DNA from: Centruroides vittatus
Lineage: Eukaryota
NCBI RefSeq assembly: GCF_030686945.1
Contig: NW_027122708.1
Span: forward strand, 5,674,248-5,738,247
Length of the DNA stretch: 64,000 nucleotides
Reading direction: 5' to 3'
This document shows, one piece after another, positions 62,165 to 64,000 of the stretch. Both the position numbers and the translations under genes were made by a program. The stretch's first letter is position 1; each line of letters opens with the position of its first letter. The notes beneath the pieces were generated by a model, which was not told the origin of the DNA, did no database searches, and saw only the letters and a list, made by a program, of their open reading frames with translations.

Positions 62165-62600
62165 ATTGTTTTATTATTATTATTATGTTGGCTTTAGTGA
62201 GTTATACTCTATTGACACCGGTTGCTGTGTACTATGTTGGACCAGAGTCCAGTCATGGCAACCAAAACAAGGCAAAAACTAAATAAGTGTGTTTTCAGGA
62301 ATTTTTTAACAATATGACACATATTCAATATAGTGGCCTTCTGTAATGTGATGTATGTGTTTCTATTCAATTGTAATGTTCCCTTTTGTGTAGTGTGTGG
62401 GGTATGAAACCTGTAGGGGAGAGGACAATAGGTACAATAAGCATCCTATCCATCCTGATTTTAAGAAAGCCAAAATTATCCGCACCACAAGGCACATACA
62501 GCACATCAAGCGGCTTGAGGCTGCCGGCATATACTTAGCTAGCCTTAGCGATAACCAATGCATCAATCATAAAGAAGAGATTATGCTATCAGTAGCCTGG
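62165..62600 (-). mobile_element. Second copy (fragment) of the 3' end of the Dong-like LINE, also abutting (TAA)n.
   Basis: 62165-62455 aligns with 22900-23230 at roughly 80% identity, including the (TTA)n start. The minus-strand ORF 62363-62566 (..LAKYMPAASSRL..GWIGCLLYLLSSPLQVSYPTHYTK) parallels EKISKYTELAQEIRHL..RVLIVPVVLSSTGVIPHTLHK. Confidence 0.5.
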
Positions 62601-64000
62601 CAGGCGCTTATGAACAGTAATCTATGATCGCCATATGGCAATTGACTGCGCGTGATGAAGAAAGACGTAAACGGGAGGCATGCATTCAAAGGTTCGAAGG
62701 TTCTAATGTTCGAATTTTGTGTTCTAAGATCTGCATTCCATCAGAGATTCAAAAACTACCTGAGGAAGAACTGTCATCGTGGTTCAAAAACATTAGTAAG
62801 GAGATATTTAAGTTGGGTTGCAGTTGTGTACAAGTAGGAAAACGCACCGGTAACAGGTTTGAAGAGTTTGTTACTATTCTCCGGTGTTAAGATAATGAAT
62901 TATACCTATTGTAAAATATTTGCATAAACATCGTAAGTTATTTGTTTATACTTAGTTTTAAAAATGTTTTAATTGTAAATTTACAAAACAATTTTTATGC
63001 TAAAAAAAAATTTTTTTTGTATAATTTAAGTCCTGGCCATATTTTTAAAAATTTTTATGCTCTGTAGACTGAGGAGGGATCAGCTAAACCTTGGGTCTGA
63101 AATACACATAAATAAAACATCCGGAAAGTAAAATTGTTTCTGAGTAATTCTTGAACTCCGGTAAACAGTCAGATTAGAAGGATATAAAAAATTTCTTTAT
63201 TAGTCCAAAAACCCATTAGGCGGTTAGATAAATTATATAGAAGTGTTTTTTTATATGTACTGTACCTGTACAGTATATACATTTTATAACAAAAGTGTGA
63301 TTTTCTACTTTATAAACAATTATTGCTGCTATTATTTATGATTTCAAAATTTAAAACAAAAAATATAAAATATTGATAACAAAATGATTAATCTAACTCT
63401 TTTTATATAACTATTTCATAACTACATTTTACCAACCTTTAATATGCAGTCTATTTTATTAAAGTAATCTAACGTTTTTGGTCAATTAATTGGCCATCAG
63501 GATTGAACAATTTTTGATTTATGCTGAATGTTCTATAATCAGTTTCTGATTATAGAATGTTTTTAACTTTTAAAAGTTTTCTCAATGGCTATTGTGCAAG
63601 TCCAAAAGTAGATAAATAGAATCTACAGACTGATAACGAACAAATATACACATACACTAACTATACACATAAATAAAAGTAAAAATAAAAATTAATAATA
63701 ATAAAAAAATAAATAAATAAACAAGTAATGATATAACGGGCACCAACTAATGCCTATCTTATCTGTCTGTGCTTTTTTTCTTTTGCTGATATGTTCATAA
63801 TGCACCTGCTCTCCATGCTGCAGAGACTTTATATGATTCTCTGAAGTTTATAATCTGTCCTGCTAGACTGCTCTTGTGAATATGCCAAGCTTCTGCATAT
63901 TTAATATGTCTCCTGTCCTGAACCTTATGTATTATTTCTGCTCTTTCCAATTTCACTGAAACCTCTGTTGGGTCTGCTATAACATATGTTGCTAAAGCAG

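Overview
This window is AT-rich nuclear DNA from a eukaryote, most likely an arthropod. It is not prokaryotic, so there are no operons or CRISPR arrays to find. Most of it is a mosaic of transposable elements, several nested inside one another. One host gene shows through: a WD40-repeat protein on the minus strand, present as short exons with canonical GT/AG splice sites and very long, TE-filled introns (about 36.6-60.6 kb).

The main structure is a single-ORF non-LTR retrotransposon on the minus strand. It has a reverse transcriptase, a CCHC zinc-finger motif and a PD..D..EK restriction-like endonuclease, and it sits inside a (TAA)n microsatellite at both ends. That combination is characteristic of the Dong/R4 clade of R2-like elements. 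Its ORF is broken in two places. One break is a ~0.8 kb LTR-like repeat, of which the window holds three copies. The other is a 1.29 kb unit made of a GIY-YIG endonuclease ORF of the Penelope-like-element (PLE) type, flanked by near-identical 353-bp inverted repeats and a 14-bp target-site duplication. A 2x145-bp tandem duplication spans one junction of that unit.

The rest of the window also carries a second PLE endonuclease fragment, a jockey/I-like LINE remnant (ORF1 plus apurinic/apyrimidinic (AP) endonuclease, no RT), a mariner-like element, and a Tc1-like and a pogo-like fragment. There are two hAT-like elements with 8-bp target-site duplications, one of them carrying GC-rich cargo, and a LINE 3' fragment sitting inside a TIR element. 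Smaller features are Helitron-like repeats, several MITEs and foldbacks (including a near-perfect 345-bp palindrome), and simple-sequence repeats.

All coordinates are hand-derived and approximate (about +/-3 bp). No database searches were possible, so every family assignment rests on motif recognition alone.
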